Under the pieces are notes generated by a model. That model had not been told where the DNA came from. It did no database searches and saw only the letters and a list, made by a program, of their open reading frames with translations. A program made the translations under genes and the position numbers. Shown piece after piece: positions 47,980 through 47,980 of a DNA stretch of 47,980 nt. Location of the stretch: NCBI GenBank assembly GCA_016870945.1, contig VGAH01000001.1, positions 1-47,980 on the forward strand, written 5' to 3'. Every line of letters begins with the position of its first letter. The first letter of the stretch is position 1. This DNA comes from Actinomycetota bacterium (lineage in GTDB: Bacteria > Actinomycetota > Actinomycetes > S36-B12 > UBA5976).

Positions 47980-47980
47980 G

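Overview
This window is a very compact core-chromosome segment of a moderate-GC actinobacterium. Lineage markers are the mycothiol genes mshA and mshD, the orphan regulator GlnR, PhoU with SenX3-RegX3, CarD-IspD-IspF-CysS, GroEL2 behind two CIRCE operators, and the DUF3073, DUF3027, DUF2530, DUF3263 and DUF2516 proteins. I annotate about 59 protein-coding genes. There are five tRNAs: a Glu-Asp-Phe cluster, Lys and Thr. I also found a small SRP (4.5S) RNA and a 54-aa rpmG that falls below the ORF-track cutoff. Most content is housekeeping, and the gene neighbourhoods match ones I remember from Mycobacterium and Streptomyces: purM/DUF3073, glnR-mshD, mshA...gpmA, senX3-regX3, lpqE/carD-ispDF-cysS-rlmB, ppk-mutT1, and cspB-DUF3027...serC-citA. 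I see no CRISPR array, transposase, integrase, phage gene, toxin-antitoxin pair or recognisable defence module, so I cannot honestly name a clear-cut new system. The best leads are these. (1) Two conserved genes, mshD and ispD, have conserved N-termini with no ATG/GTG/TTG and sit directly on or behind the stop codon of the upstream gene. (2) A DUF2530-like membrane ORF lies almost entirely antisense inside the acidic tail of the DUF3027 gene. (3) An NlpC/P60 endopeptidase is start/stop-coupled to a clan GH-A-like lipoprotein that has a second secreted paralogue in the window. (4) A co-directional array runs from a heparinase II/III-like protein through DUF3048 and Nif3 to a P450. (5) An AT-rich methyltransferase-like gene looks foreign. 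(6) A Cys-less Rrf2 regulator is paired with an uncharacterised FAD/NAD(P)-binding protein. All coordinates of hand-found features were counted manually from the numbered sequence.
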